64,000 bases of DNA, taken from Felis catus. Its lineage: Eukaryota. Of this stretch, positions 38,474-51,050 are shown in pieces. A program made the translations under genes and the position numbers. The notes under the pieces were generated by a model, which searched no databases, had not been told where the DNA came from, and saw only the letters and a list, made by a program, of their open reading frames with translations. Where the stretch lies: NCBI RefSeq assembly GCF_018350175.1, contig NC_058368.1:198898001-198962000 (forward strand), in the 5' to 3' direction. Each line of letters opens with the position of its first letter. The first letter of the stretch is position 1.

Positions 38474-39439
38474 AGCACATGATCTGAGCCCAACCTAATG
38501 AGAGTTCAGGGGTGGGGGGTGAATGTAGGAGTGAGGATGTTGGGGAAGATTCGCTGTTCTTAGAGGAGGGAAGCAGGGGGAAAGGGTTGATTCATGCAGC
38601 ATCGGGAGCACCTGTGGTATTGTGAGGGCGATGTTTGCATGTGACCCACTCCCTGTGTAAACAGATCGGCTAAAATCTGGCTATATAGTTGTTCTAGTCT
38701 TGCCAGTAACTTAAAACAGGGAGCTCTTTACATAAATAAGTAGAAGGTCCCATATTTAAAGGGGATTTCCTTAACCAGGTCCTGCTACAAAGGAAGCTGG
38801 ATTTCCATGTGTGAGGGAAAATTGGCAGGACAAGTAGCCATAATTAAAGGTCAAAGGAAGTGGCCTAGCTTTGAATTTAGTCCTTCCCAGTTCTGAATCT
38901 TCCAAAGATTGCAAGAATCACTTTGACAATGAAGAAAGAAGTGTTTGGGGAGGATAGGCTGCAGGTCTAAATAAGCTTTCTCAGTTAATCAAAGGCAGAA
39001 TTATCCAACCTGAGCAAACAGAAAGAAACATCAGAAATTAATACATAGGCGAGTAATGATAGCTAAACCTCCGCGTTAAATGGTGCATTTGGCTGGAGAT
39101 GGCAAAAGGCCAATTAACCCATGGTAGCTGTGTGGACTCATTGCAAAGAAGGTAACATATTGATCTTAAAAAGAGGTGGAGGTGGTGATTGGGGATAACA
39201 GTGTTCCTTGTACAAAAGTGGTAAATAGAAATCCTCTAAGGCATCACTATATGAACTAAATCGGCTTTGGGGCCTCACAAGAGACTTTTGTCCTTGCCAT
39301 TATTCTTGCGCCCACTAACCTGAATGACAGCTGTCCAGAACACAATGTCCGAAGATGAGTTTACAGAATGAGAGAGAACGAGAAGAGAAGGAAAAGGAAA
39401 AAAAGAGGATGGAGGAGAATAAGACCCAGGGTTGATCTT

Positions 39440-40020
39440 CCTCAAGAAGGACCACACCAAGGATAGTTTGTTCAGTGTGAGCAGCTCGACTCCAGATGTG
39501 GAACAGCTGGACAGAGTTCAGAGGAAAGCAGTGAGAAGAGACTGAGATGGAACAAAGAACTGGAAAGCATATAAAAGGCAGCCTTTGAGAATGAAGTCCA
39601 GGGTAGGAGTCCTTTTTTAAATTTTTATGGCAAGGGTTAAGAAGTATGAGAAGTTCTTTTCTGTATAGATTGATTTCCCCTTGATATGCAAGGCAGTCAC
39701 TCTCTATGTGAGTGCTTACTAACAGGCAGGAAGGAAAGTTTGTGCACGTAAGAGACATTCAGTAGTTGGGGCGGACCCAGAGATTTCTAGTGAGATGGAG
39801 AGCAGTGGGGATGAGGGGGCGTAAGTGAAACAGGGGAGTGCAGGCTGTCCGAATTCTAGAACAGCCTACAGTGCAAGTGTTAGCAATTCCATCCTCGGAG
39901 GCAAACAAAAAGTATGCTGAACTGGTCCTAGAAGTTTAATTGTTGGGAATCATCCTAATTCTGGCAGGGAGGTGCATGAGTTTGCCTAATGGGTCTCTTC
40001 CGTCTATTTTCTGTGATTCA
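39440..40020 (+). mobile_element. L3/CR1 LINE 3' fragments
   Basis: gaccacacc...tttgttcag...cagctggacagagttcagaggaaagcagtgag and a terminal ttctgtgattc repeat. Confidence 0.5.
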
Positions 40021-41053
40021 CCACCCCCCTGCCTAGCCTGCGGCGGTACATGGTTGAGTCATTGCTGAACGCAGATATCTCATTAAAAAAGGGGGATTAA
40101 AGACTATTAAAAATGATTGGCTGCTAGTCACAGATTAAAGAAAGACCAGTTTACAGTTACAGTTGCTCTTGTCCAAAATAAAATGTAAATTGTCGAAATT
40201 GGGCAGGAAATTCACCCGAAATTTCTGAGATGCTAACTTAAGCAGCTTCCCCTCCTCTGCTGTCGAGACCAGAGTCATCAGACTGAAAATTGAGAAGTTC
40301 TTTGTAAATCTGAGACCTAATTTCAGAGTGTGGATCTAAACAGTGAGTTATCTGTATTCCTTTAAGGTACAAAAGGTTGAGTGATAAATGATCTTTTTGA
40401 AGGAATTTATTTTTAAGATGTGCTTCTGTACAATAAGGCGCCCTGAAAACTCAAGGGAGGTTTAGAAATTTCTCTTGCAAGAACATTACAAATTGCATAA
40501 ACAACCCTGAATTACCAAATGTTTACAGAAGCCTCTGTCTTTAGAAATATGGTCCACTACGCGGAGTACCATCCTGAAAAGAGTAAGAGCCAACCGATTT
40601 AAAAACCAGTGGTTTATTGCAGATGAAACTGTGAACTCAGGGAGTTGTGTTTTCTATCGGGAGAGACCAATTCGAGGTTATTAAGTCCTTCACTCGTAAT
40701 AGCTTGGCCATACTGACCAGCAGTCCTACAAATGAGGCCCTCTTTTCAGAGGGTCCTATTCTTTCTTGCTCCTAACCCCTCTCATCTACCTCAGATATCC
40801 CCCCGCCCCAAACATAGCTTTTATGCGCTCTATGTGGATTAGTTACCCCCGGCTCATTAAAGCTTCTTAGCTCACTGGCCATTTGGTCCCATGGAAATAA
40901 AACGGGAGTGATTGAAAACCTGGGGACGTTAAGCATTGGGTAGAACCTGGGAGAGCCAACTCTCGTTCTGTTTTCTGCTGCCACCAGAGCATCCAGGTTT
41001 TCACCTCCTTTCAGCTGCCCTGGCTCCAGGGTTCCCCTTCAAAACACCATCCA

Positions 41054-41247
41054 GGGGCACCTGGGTGGCTCAGTAAGCATCCGACTTCACTCAGGTCATG
41101 ATCTCATGGTTCGTGAGTTTGAGCCCCACATCGGGCTCTCTGCTGTCAGCACAGAGCCTGCTTTGGATCCTCTCTCCCCCCCTCTCTCTGCCCCTTCTCT
41201 GTTGGGTCTTTTTCTCTCAAAATAAATTAATAAACTTAAAAAAAAAA
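41054..41247 (+). mobile_element. CAN-SINE
   Basis: ggggcacctgggtggctcag head, CT-rich body, A tail. Confidence 0.95.
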
Positions 41248-41585
41248 CCTGTCCAACTCATGGACCTCAGGTAGTTTCTTCTTTCCTACAGGATAAGTCC
41301 ACACTCCCAGCCTAGCTTTGAAAATGCTCTATTTTTCTTCCGAGAAGTTCTTACACATATGACAAATTGATGTTTTTTGAGTTTTCAAACTAGGAATGAG
41401 CCGTGAGTACAAAGTGGTGATTTTCATCACGATTGTACTGAAATAGAGGTACCACTTCTCACGGAGTATCAGTTGCTTAGAGACTGTGTTATCAGAGTCT
41501 CGGTGTGTGTGTGTCCCAGAAAGACTCAAGCACTGGAATTGTCACTAGTTCTCAGCCTCAAGCAATGAGCAGCCATCAGGGTACT

Positions 41586-41617
41586 CCCCCCCACCCCACC
41601 CCACCCCACCCCACCCC
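41586..41617 (-). repeat. (TGGGG)n repeat with G-quadruplex potential on the minus strand
   Basis: (cccca)n run with six C tracts on the plus strand. Confidence 0.8.
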
Positions 41618-42149
41618 TGCCCTATGGATATAGCCATTATATCTCCAGTGTCTTGATCTACAAGATTGTCCTCTGTCATCTAGCCAAGGTCACCTCTGGG
41701 CCATGAGCTGAGGTCCATTTGAGTCTAGACCACTCCTCCAAGCAGGCCTTTTCCTTTCATAGATTCCTTCTGGCCACAGGTGCAGGGTGCTTTTAGGGAA
41801 ACCTTTCAGTGTGTTAGCAGGGGAAGTTGATTTTGATTCAAATACAGTGCTTTGATTTGGAGTTTTCTTTTCCTTAGAGATTGGAACTGAACATACCTTT
41901 GTTTTAGGAAAGAAGATTGGTCCAATGCTCTTGTCTTAGTTCATGGTTACTGCTTCTCCCTCAAGTCTGAAGGCTTTTTGGATAACTCCCAATCCTTAAA
42001 TTCTTCCTTTTGTGGAATTGAAAGTGAATTAAAGTGAAGACACCTGGAATTGAGCAGGTCTAGAACAGTAAATTCTGATACATACCTCTGCATCCAGCTC
42101 CTTTAAATTTAACCAGTCTCTTCTGACAAAAAATTATTTGTGTTCTGGG

Positions 42150-42580
42150 GAAGCATGGTATAGTGCTTAAAATTGGGGCTTAAAACCAGAGTTTAAGCAT
42201 CCAGTGAACTTCCATTTGAACCCTACCTTAGAACTCTTCCCTCACTTAGGAAATGGAGACCCAGCACCAACTTAATAGCTTTGTCATAAGGAATAAACAC
42301 GGTAATATGGGGGCGCCTGGGTGGCTCGGTTGGCTAAGCCTCTGACTTCATCTCAGGTCATGATCTTGCAGTTTGTGAGTTCGAGCCCCATGTGGGACTG
42401 TGGGCTCACAGCTCAGAGCCTGGAGCCTTCTTTGGATTCTGTGTCTCCCTCTCTCTGCCCCTGTCCCACTCGTCCTCCCTCCCCCCCCCCTTTCTCTCTC
42501 TCTCTCAAAAATAAATAAACATTAAAAAAAATTTAAGGTAATATCAATTAAGCACTTAGCACGTGGCTGGCAATACTTAG
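42150..42580 (+). mobile_element. MIR interrupted by a CAN-SINE
   Basis: gcatggtatagtgcttaa...ttccctcacttaggaaatggag before the SINE; aagcacttagcacgtggctggc after it. Confidence 0.6.
42309..42536 (+). mobile_element. CAN-SINE (SINEC_Fc type)
   Basis: Typical head and tail; TSD ggtaatat at 42301-42308 and 42537-42544. Confidence 0.95.
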
Positions 42581-44488
42581 ATGCCAGTTTAAAAAGTGAT
42601 TGCAGAGTGCTTTCAAACTAATAGAAAATGGGAAGAAATGGAAGAAGGAGATAGTATAGCTTCTGTTGGAGTTGCTTGTGTATTTTTTTTTTTTTTTTTT
42701 TTTTTTGCAAAATGGGTGTTAAAAAAGATAAACAAGGAAAGGCGGTAATAAGCAGGATAATTTAGGAATCATGTATTTATTAGCCAGGGAAATAATGCCT
42801 AAAGGGGCAGATTGTAGGTTCTAAACAGCAGTGAAAGAAACTAGACTCAAGCCTTAAAACTTGGCATAGAGGCGGACCTGCTAGGTAAGTTCTGACCAAA
42901 TTGTTTTAACATCTCTTGCTGGGGAAAATTTCCAGTTTTGTGTGCATATCACTTCCTACAAGGCAGTGTTGGTATAGTGAGGGAGAAGGTCTTGGAATCA
43001 GGCCAAACAGAATTGTCTCTAGTTCTCTGTGCTGTCTGTGCTCTCAGAGGCTCCCCTGCTAAAAACAGAGATGGAAAGAGGTGTGCTGCACTGTGAGACT
43101 CAGTGGTCATATATACTAGGGTCTGGAACAATGCCTGGCACCCAGGAAGTGATCAGAATGTGGTAACGGTTGTTGCCTATAATCATCTATGTTTTCTCCC
43201 CTTGTTGACAGAGCAGGTCCACCCACCTCTGGATGTTGTAGATTTTCTGAAAGACTGGACTCAGATTGATGCATAGTGTCAAGGACTGACATGGCCCCAC
43301 AGGAAAGTGAGATTATTGATTCCCTTAAGAGGGAGGTGAACCCTCTTACTGCAGCCATGCCTCTGTGATTCTTGAAATTCATATTCTCCCCCTAGAGAGA
43401 TTAATGACATACTATTTCTAGAGTGCTTTAAGGAGATTTTTGATATATTTTATAAACACGCTTTCTATTCCCTTTGAGAAGAGTTTAGAAACTTATCCTC
43501 AATCCCTTGTGCTTCTGCCTTCCACTATTTTTATGTGGCTTTCTACATGATTTGTATCTTGAGGTACTTTGTTCCTGTCTCTCTATAGGATATATTTTCT
43601 TACATGGAAACTTGGGTCGGAATGCTGGACGTTAACATTCCTCTTGCCTGAGATTTTTCTTTTAATTGCTACAACGAATGGATAAATTAAAAAATGGTAA
43701 AACCAAAGTTTCGGTGAAGCTAAGGAGGTATTTCCAATATTCACTCTGCAGAACGCCAGGGTAGATGTTAAGGTTTCACGTCAGGAGTTTCTCGTTCTTA
43801 CTGCAAACCAGATCCTGGCCTGTCACTGAGAAATGGAGTCTCACATGCTCTACCACTATTTTTCAAATACATGTAGATGCCGTGTGATCATTAAAATACA
43901 AATTCACAGGAGGAAATAGTTGTAGCAGACACATTTGATACAGGACTGTTATCCAAAATATACAAAGAACTCTCAAAACAGTAAGAAGACAACCAAAAAT
44001 TGGGCCAGGTATCTTCATAGACACCTCACCCCAGAAGATAATACAAACGGTACATAAGCACGTGAAGAGATGCTCCACATCCTATGTCATGAGGAAAATG
44101 CAGATTCAAACAGTAACGAGATGCCACTGCACCCCTATTACGACAGCCAAATACCAGAACACTGACAACACTAATGAAGGCAACATTCATGAAGGCAACA
44201 GGAGTTCTCATTCATCGCCGGTGGGGATGTAAAGCGGTATGGCCACTTTGGAAGACAGTTTGGCGGCTTCTTACAAAACTAAACGTACTTCTATGATGCA
44301 ACAATTGCAGAGTATGAATACAGGGTATAGAATATAAACATTCTTTGGTATCTCCCCAAAGACGTTGGAAATTTATGTCCCCACAAAAACCTGCCCAGGG
44401 GATGTTTGTAGCTGCTTTCTTCATAATTTCCCAAACCTGGAAGCAACCAAGATATTCTTCAGTAAGAGAATGGATAAACATTCAGACA

Positions 44489-45126
44489 GTCCAGTGATGG
44501 CAGCCCTTTGGAAGGTGGGCATCTCCAGGCAGGTCTCGCTGGGCGACAAGAAGTTATCTGAGTTTGTGCCCCACCCCAGCCACAAAGGGCAGGAGGGAGT
44601 GTGGCCCAAGATGATGCTGGCTGAGAGACTAGAGTGCACTTTCCTAGGATGGGCGGGGTGGGGGGCAGGCCTCTGAGTTCAGGCCTTGCCCGCCTTCCCT
44701 CCCTCGTGGCGTCACCTAGCGTATACCAGCCGGAGCAGTGGGATTGAGCAGAGACACGTCCTGCCTTCCGGGAAGGGGGCTCAGTCCAGGGGGAGGCGAG
44801 AGGTTCCAACAGGGCTCCTGGGCTGTGCAGCGGCCCCTGCCCAGAGGAAGAGGGGACTGAGCCGAGGGGCAGCCTGGCTGAGGAGACAGGCAGAAGGATT
44901 TGGGGAGGGCAGGCCACCAAGTTGGGAGGCATTGGAGGTATTCATTCGGACCTACCTCAGGAAAGTGGGGGGCCTTGGGCCTGACTGACCTAGGCAAGCA
45001 CTTTGCAGCACGCCTGGTACAAAGTCAAAGCCCAGAAAATAAAGGTAGCCAATATTATTATAATATTTTTATTAGAACATTCCGATTATAAAAATAAAGC
45101 TTGTTTTCTTTAAAGGAAAAAAAAAA
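44489..45126 (+). pseudogene. Probable 5'-truncated processed retrocopy of an mRNA 3' UTR (parent unidentified)
   Basis: GC-rich non-L1 insert; AATAAA 45093-45098; A tract 45117-45126; flanking repeat at(t/c)cagaca at 44480-44488 and 45126-45134; host L1 resumes after it. Confidence 0.75.
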
Positions 45127-45200
45127 TCCAGACAATGGAATATTATTCAAGGCTTAAAAGAAATGAGCCAGCAAACCATGAAAAGACATGGTGGAATCTT

Positions 45201-45407
45201 TTTTTTCTTTAATTTTTTTTTTAACATTTATTTATTATTGAGAGACAGACAGAGCATGAACATGGGAGGGGCAGAAAGAGGGGGAGACACAGAATCTGAA
45301 GCAGGCTCCAGGCCCAGAGCCCGACACGGGACTCGAACTCACAATCCGCGAGATCATGACCTGAGTGGAAGTCGGATGCTTTACCGACTGAGCCACCCAG
45401 GCGCCCT
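45201..45407 (-). mobile_element. CAN-SINE inserted in L1
   Basis: 16-bp TSD gacatggtggaatctt at 45185-45200 and 45408-45423. Confidence 0.97.
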
Positions 45408-46886
45408 GACATGGTGGAATCTTAAATGCCTATTCCCAGGTGAAAGAAGCCAATCTGAAAGGGATATAGACTGTATGTTTCTAACTACCTGAAATTCTGA
45501 AAAGGTAAAATTATGGAGACCGTAAAATGATCAGGGGCTGAGAGTAGAGAAGAGGGATGAATAAGTAGATCACAGAGGATTTTTAAGGCAATGAAAATAG
45601 TCTGTATGATACCATTGCGATGAATACACATTATGATACGTTTGTCCCATAGAATATACAACACCAAGAGTGAGCCCACTGTAAACTCTGGACCTTGGTT
45701 ATGATGTATTGAGGTAGGCCCACCAACTGTAACAAATGCACCACTCTGATGGGGGATGTTGATAACCGGAGAGGCTGTGTGTGTGCAGACAGCTTGCATA
45801 TGGGAAATCTCTGTCCCTTACCCTCAGTTTAGTTATGAACCTTAAACTGCTCGGAAAAGGTAATGTCTTAGTTTCTTTTTAAGTGAATAGCACACATACA
45901 AAACTATAAATTGATTTGCAAGCCTTCCTGAATTGGAATGGCAGTAACTTTTGAACATGCTCTATTTTTCAGGCTATGGATACTAGGCAGCTTATCATTT
46001 GAAAGATTTGATCTTTTTTTTTTTTTCTTTTTTCCTTTTTTACGTTGAAATGTTTGGGAACTCATGACCTATGCTTTATTGATTTAAATGTTAGCTGGGG
46101 AGTAAAACTACTAGGTAACGTTTTTGTCTCTGGGAGGGTTATGTGCCAGTGAGTCTTTCCTCCTATTCTGAGTAAAAACCCCTAGACTTTTCACTTAAGT
46201 GATACTTTGTATCTTTCATCTAAAGAACATAAAATACTTTTTAAAATTCCACATGGTGATAGGGGGGAAGAAAATGAGTCGGGGTGGGGGGTGGCTGTGG
46301 GGGATCCTTGCCCAAGGTCACACAGGGCACTAGTAGAAGCATTGGGGAGAGGGAACCAGATTCTCCTGACTTAGATTCATTGTTCTCAGACCCTATTTCC
46401 AAAGACTTGATAAGACTTTTCTGCTCTAATTTCGTCAACAAACTTGAGTTTGAAATACTTACATTTTGTGCTGGTATCTTTAAAAATATGATAGCTTCTA
46501 TCAGCGGGGTCAATCATTTGGGTTAGTTTATTTTGGCAAAACTGTATGGACTGAAGGTCTGAGGTTATATTGATCTATATTCCATAAAAACTCAGACCAG
46601 GTATTCATGACACAGATGTGATGGAGAAACTTTCAGGTTAAATAGGAATTAACCTTAGAAGGGAAGTTAAACTGACAGCCTTTTAGTTTCCCAAGTGGGA
46701 AAAAATTACTATGCAAAAGAATGCTATGCTAAATTAACAACAACTACTATTAGTGGGATATTTTCCTTGCCTACATCTCAAATTTTTCAATATTTCTGTT
46801 GCAATATGGAGATAAAAATATACCAAACTCTTTTGTAAATTTCTTGGTAATTAGTTTGTATTTGTTATAAAAATAAGAACAAATAA

Positions 46887-46990
46887 AGGGCACCTGGCCA
46901 GCTCAGTCAGTAGAGGATGCGACTCTTGATCTTGGGGTTGTGAGTTCAAGCCCCACATTGGGCATAGAGCTTACTTTAAAAGTAAAATAA
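46887..46990 (+). mobile_element. Short CAN-SINE
   Basis: gggcacctggccagctcagtcagtagag...; 17-bp TSD taaaaataagaacaaat at 46868-46884 and 46991-47007. Confidence 0.93.
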
Positions 46991-47209
46991 TAAAAATAAG
47001 AACAAATGAAATACTGTAGTCCAGAGACCAACCCAATCAAATCACTGCTGGGTGTAAATACTCTACCAGCAAAAATCCACAAAGTTAGTCATTATTGAAA
47101 TCCCTCATCGTGGAAGGGACTGTCCGTCTTCTTTGTAACTGAGCAGTACCCACATGCTGATGATTCCCTCACGCATCTCCCTTCAGCCCTATACGTACAT
47201 GTACACCTT

Positions 47210-47880
47210 TCCTTCTAGATGCCAACATTTCTAAACCGCCATCACTACCTCAACCTTAACCTGCCCAAAACTGACCTTATCTGCTCGTGGATGCATTTCT
47301 TTTCCTGCTTGTTCCATTTCAGTGGATGACCCTTCAGTCTACCAACTGGTCACTTGGGACAATCACCTAATTTATTCTTGGAGGCTGCTTGTTAGTCTTG
47401 CCCCCTCCGCGTTTGCCCAAGTCATCTTTGTCTATATGGAAATGTGATCAGATCAGTCCTCTGCTTAAAACCATTAAGTGGCTCTTCATTAGTATCCAAC
47501 TTCACATTTTTTGGCATGGCACATAAAACCCTCAGCCCTCTTCACTTACTTCTGGTCAGTCTGTCTCATAAGGTGGGACTGTCCTATGATGTGTAGTTTG
47601 CTAAATGGGTCGTGCCATCACTCTGCTCTTGGAACATTTGCAAATGTTACTCCCTCTACCTGCATGCTCATCCCTGTACACTAGATTCAACTCAGGGGTA
47701 TCTTTAACATGCACTTATCCAACTTCTTTGTTACCCTTGGCTTTGTCTCCTCTCCATCCTACCCCGTTAGACCCTCAGTGCAGGCATTGGGTCTTATATG
47801 TCTTTCTGCTGCCTGTATGTGGCCCAGTACTGGAGATGTGAAAAGTGTTCAAATAATGTTTGTTAATGGGTGAATGGACG
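47210..47880 (+). mobile_element. Degraded L2 3' region
   Basis: cctcaaccttaacctgcccaaaactgacc...gatcagtcctctgcttaaaacc...tgtttgttaatgggtgaatgga. Confidence 0.6.
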
Positions 47881-48064
47881 AAGGAATCTGGAAATTAATT
47901 CCTTTCCTTCTGATAAATGGAACACTGATGGCACCCAGGCTAAATCCAGGACATCTGAAACTTCAGTACCAAAGGGAATCATGAGTCTGTGACAGTAGGT
48001 AGCTTTACTTGATAGAAAGGTTTACCCTCTTAATTTGCCTTTTGCCATTTGTATTATTGTCCCT

Positions 48065-48370
48065 ACAAAGCCAGATGACCTGTGCGGAGCCAGGGATTCT
48101 GGCCAAACAGCTGTACTGCTGTTCCTAGACCTATCAGCAGCCTTAGACAGGTCAGGTCAACATGTTCTACTCACCCACCCACTTGCAGGCTCTGTGGATG
48201 GTTTTGTCTCTTCTGGCTTTGGTCCTTCCCCAGTAAAGTTATATGGGCACTTTTCCTTTAATTCCTTCTGTTTTTAAACTCTTTCTTAATAGGACCCTTT
48301 TCTTTGCCACGGCTAATAAGCCTGGTTGCCCCTAGTGTCCTCCTGTTCGGTATTAATTATAAAGTCCCTC
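48065..48370 (+). mobile_element. Ancient L2/CR1-clade reverse-transcriptase relic
   Basis: ORF 48035-48277 contains DDL..ARDSGQTAVLLFLDLSAALD, matching the LDLSAAFD motif of L2-clade RTs. Confidence 0.65.
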
Positions 48371-50034
48371 AATATTGCCATGGGAGGGAACAGAATTAGA
48401 TCGTGAGCATTTCACAGTCCTTAGCATGCCTATTACAGCCCTGCGTCATGTCCCATGTCAAACACTAACCAGAGATTTAGGGTGCCCCCAAAGAACAAGA
48501 TCCTTGAGAAGCAGGAAGTTTTGCAGGTGTTCTGTCGATAAACTCTAAGAGTTTCTAGCAATGGGCAGTGACCAGATCAAATCCCAGCTGGCTGAGGCTG
48601 GAGGTGTTCTTGGTGACTATGCAAATTGGAAGCTGCCTGGGCAGCATTTCTGCCTACCTTGTTTCTTGTTCTTCTCTGATGAATTCATATGACAGAAAAG
48701 TTAGAGAAGGAGAGGGAAATACTTAGAACGGGAAGGAAGAAAGGCTGACATTGTAGGAGTGAGAAGGAAAGAAATTACGTCTTCAGCTTGGACTAGAGAA
48801 TGTTACATCTCTGGGCATCAGGCCCACACAATTCCCTTTCTCAACCCAGTCAACGCCCCAGGGCTACCCTGATGCCTCCTTCACAGCTCCTTTGCCTCTG
48901 TCCTCTCTGAGGTACATACACATAACCAGATGACTTTCTTCACAGTTGCCACCCATCTATGGCTCATTACCATCACGTAGATGGCAGTAAAATGAGGGAG
49001 GGCTTCATTTCAATAAAGAGACCAGAGGAGCTTTCTTTCCTCCTAGATCTAGGATGCGTGCCCAGTAATCATGAAGAACTCTCTCAGGTCCAATCAGACT
49101 TCTACCGATTGTAGAATTATAGTTGCCTCAAATTCTGTGTACAAAGGCAGAGACTAAGTCATTAAATCCGTTTCTAAACTGGACATTTAAGGTCCATAAA
49201 GACATAGCATTTTGTTCATTCTGTTAATTGTCAGAACAATGTCTGTCGTGTTTACTCACTTAAGTATTTGTTGGGTGACTAAATTTACAAGTAAATAAAC
49301 ACACAAATAGTGTCACATGGTATCTTACTCTGCTAGGACAAGTCTAGGCAAGAGGACAGGCTTAATACATCTGGTAACTGATATACTGCCCTTCAACGTG
49401 CTGCCGTTTTCCCTACAGTCTCTTCTTTGACATCTGCTCACAGATACCTTGTTTCCAAGCAAAAAAACATGAACATTTGTTTGCTTTAAAAGTAATTTAT
49501 GTCTAATACATGGGAGAAATTGCTCAAAGGAGCAGAGCATGTTTTATATATTATACCTGAGAGCTGATTATTAAAGAGACAATCATCTAGTACCATCATA
49601 GAATATCATTTTCTTCCCTCAAATTAAGTCACAAGAAAAGGAGACTTAATTGATCATCCCAGGCACTTACAACCACATAGCCGCCCAGCCACTGATTTTG
49701 CTTATTCTTATCTTGACTAGACCAACCTGGAACACGACCGTGTCTAAGGCAGCTTGCCAAGAGACGGATACCTAACAGCACTTTGCTAAAGGGCAGGCTT
49801 TACCCAATTTACAAATAAGTTGAAAAGTTAATGTGTGATTTGTTTTCTTAGGAAAGGAGTACAGCCAGTACGCAATGTTATGTACATTCAGTCAGTTTCC
49901 CAGACAGACTGCACAGGCCAGTCCTGTGGACCGCAGAGCTGAAGCGGTACTGATTGGCTCCTGACTTCTAGATTCCTCCAAGATCTCTGAGCTCTGGTCT
50001 TGTGTTTTCTGCCTTTTTCGGCAGAAGTCAATCA

Positions 50035-51050
50035 TCATTTGATCATTTATTCAACAGATATTTATTGCGTGGCCACTACACTTTTGGAATCTGGGAACAA
50101 TACGCAAAACCAGCAAAACTCAGTGCTGTCATGGAGCCAGCATTCTAGTTGGGGGAGAGAGTTCATAAACAAATGAATAACCTATATCAAATCATAAGTC
50201 AGAGATAGTTCAAGGAAAAGTGATAGGGAGGACAGCGATCCCAGTGACTGAAGGCTGAGGGAACACTTATGCAAAGACTTAAAGACGAAGGTCAGTTGCC
50301 AAACCATGAGGTGCTCTTGTGCGTGGAGTGTTTGAAGAACAAGGCCATGTGGCCAGAAAGAGTAGACAGAGGAGGGTAAGAGAGCATGTCTAGGGGAGTA
50401 ATGGGGGGGGCGGGGGTAGTAGGGCTTCACAGGACATGTGAGGGCTCTGGCTTCTATTCTCATGGATAGGGGAAGGCTTTGGAGGACTGGCAGTAGAGAG
50501 AGGAATGATGTGAGCTGACATCCATACTAACAGAACATTTGTCTTTTTTGGCTGGTGTAGACTGTAGGGGGACAAGGCTAGAAGCAGGGAACCTGGTCAG
50601 GAGGCTATTGTAGTCATCCAGACTGGGATAATCATGCTGGTATAGACTGCCGTGGTAGCAGTCAAGATACTATGAAAAGAAAAAGACCCAACAGAATGTC
50701 CTCGTGTATTAGATGTGTGCTTCGAGAGACAGAAGAATGAAGATGGCTTTGAGATTTTGAGGGCCCGAGCAACTGGAAACTGAAGTTGTCATTCTCTGAA
50801 GTGGGAGTGCCTTAGGAAATACCAGTACAGGCTACACCTATTAGACATCAAGTGGAGATGCTGGGGTGGGCAGTTGGAGTCTAGGGAGCAACTGAAGATG
50901 GCGAGAAGAGGCCCAAAGACTGAGCCCTGGGGCATCACAACAGAAGGGGTGAAGGGAGGTGGACCTGGCAAAGAAGACTGAGAAGGAGCAGCCAGTGTGG
51001 CGGAATGATGAAGCCCAGGACAGTGCAGAAGCTGGAAGAAGCATCATGTA
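50035..51050 (-). mobile_element. L2 LINE 3' region
   Basis: catttattcaacagatatttattg tail; minus-strand PQGSVFGPLL RT motif in ORF 50789-50971; ggtcaggaggctattgtagtcatccag. Confidence 0.85.

Larger units (their letters stand above)
43905..45870 (+). mobile_element. L1MC-like LINE 3' portion, interrupted by a retrocopy and a SINE
   Basis: tatccaaaatatacaaagaactc...ccactttggaagacagtttgg...gaatggataaa | ccagacaatggaatattattca...gaaagaagccaatctgaaa...gggaaatctctgt; collinear across both insertions. Confidence 0.9.

Noticed and set aside
44365..45091. Several 60-157 aa ORFs over the GC-rich insert
   Set aside because: Overlapping frames on both strands, expected from stop-poor GC-rich sequence; no recognisable protein
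49851..49947. Possible plus-strand exon (ttttcttag acceptor, gtactg donor, two open frames)
   Set aside because: Weak donor, unrecognised peptide and no partner exons; cannot be supported without transcript data
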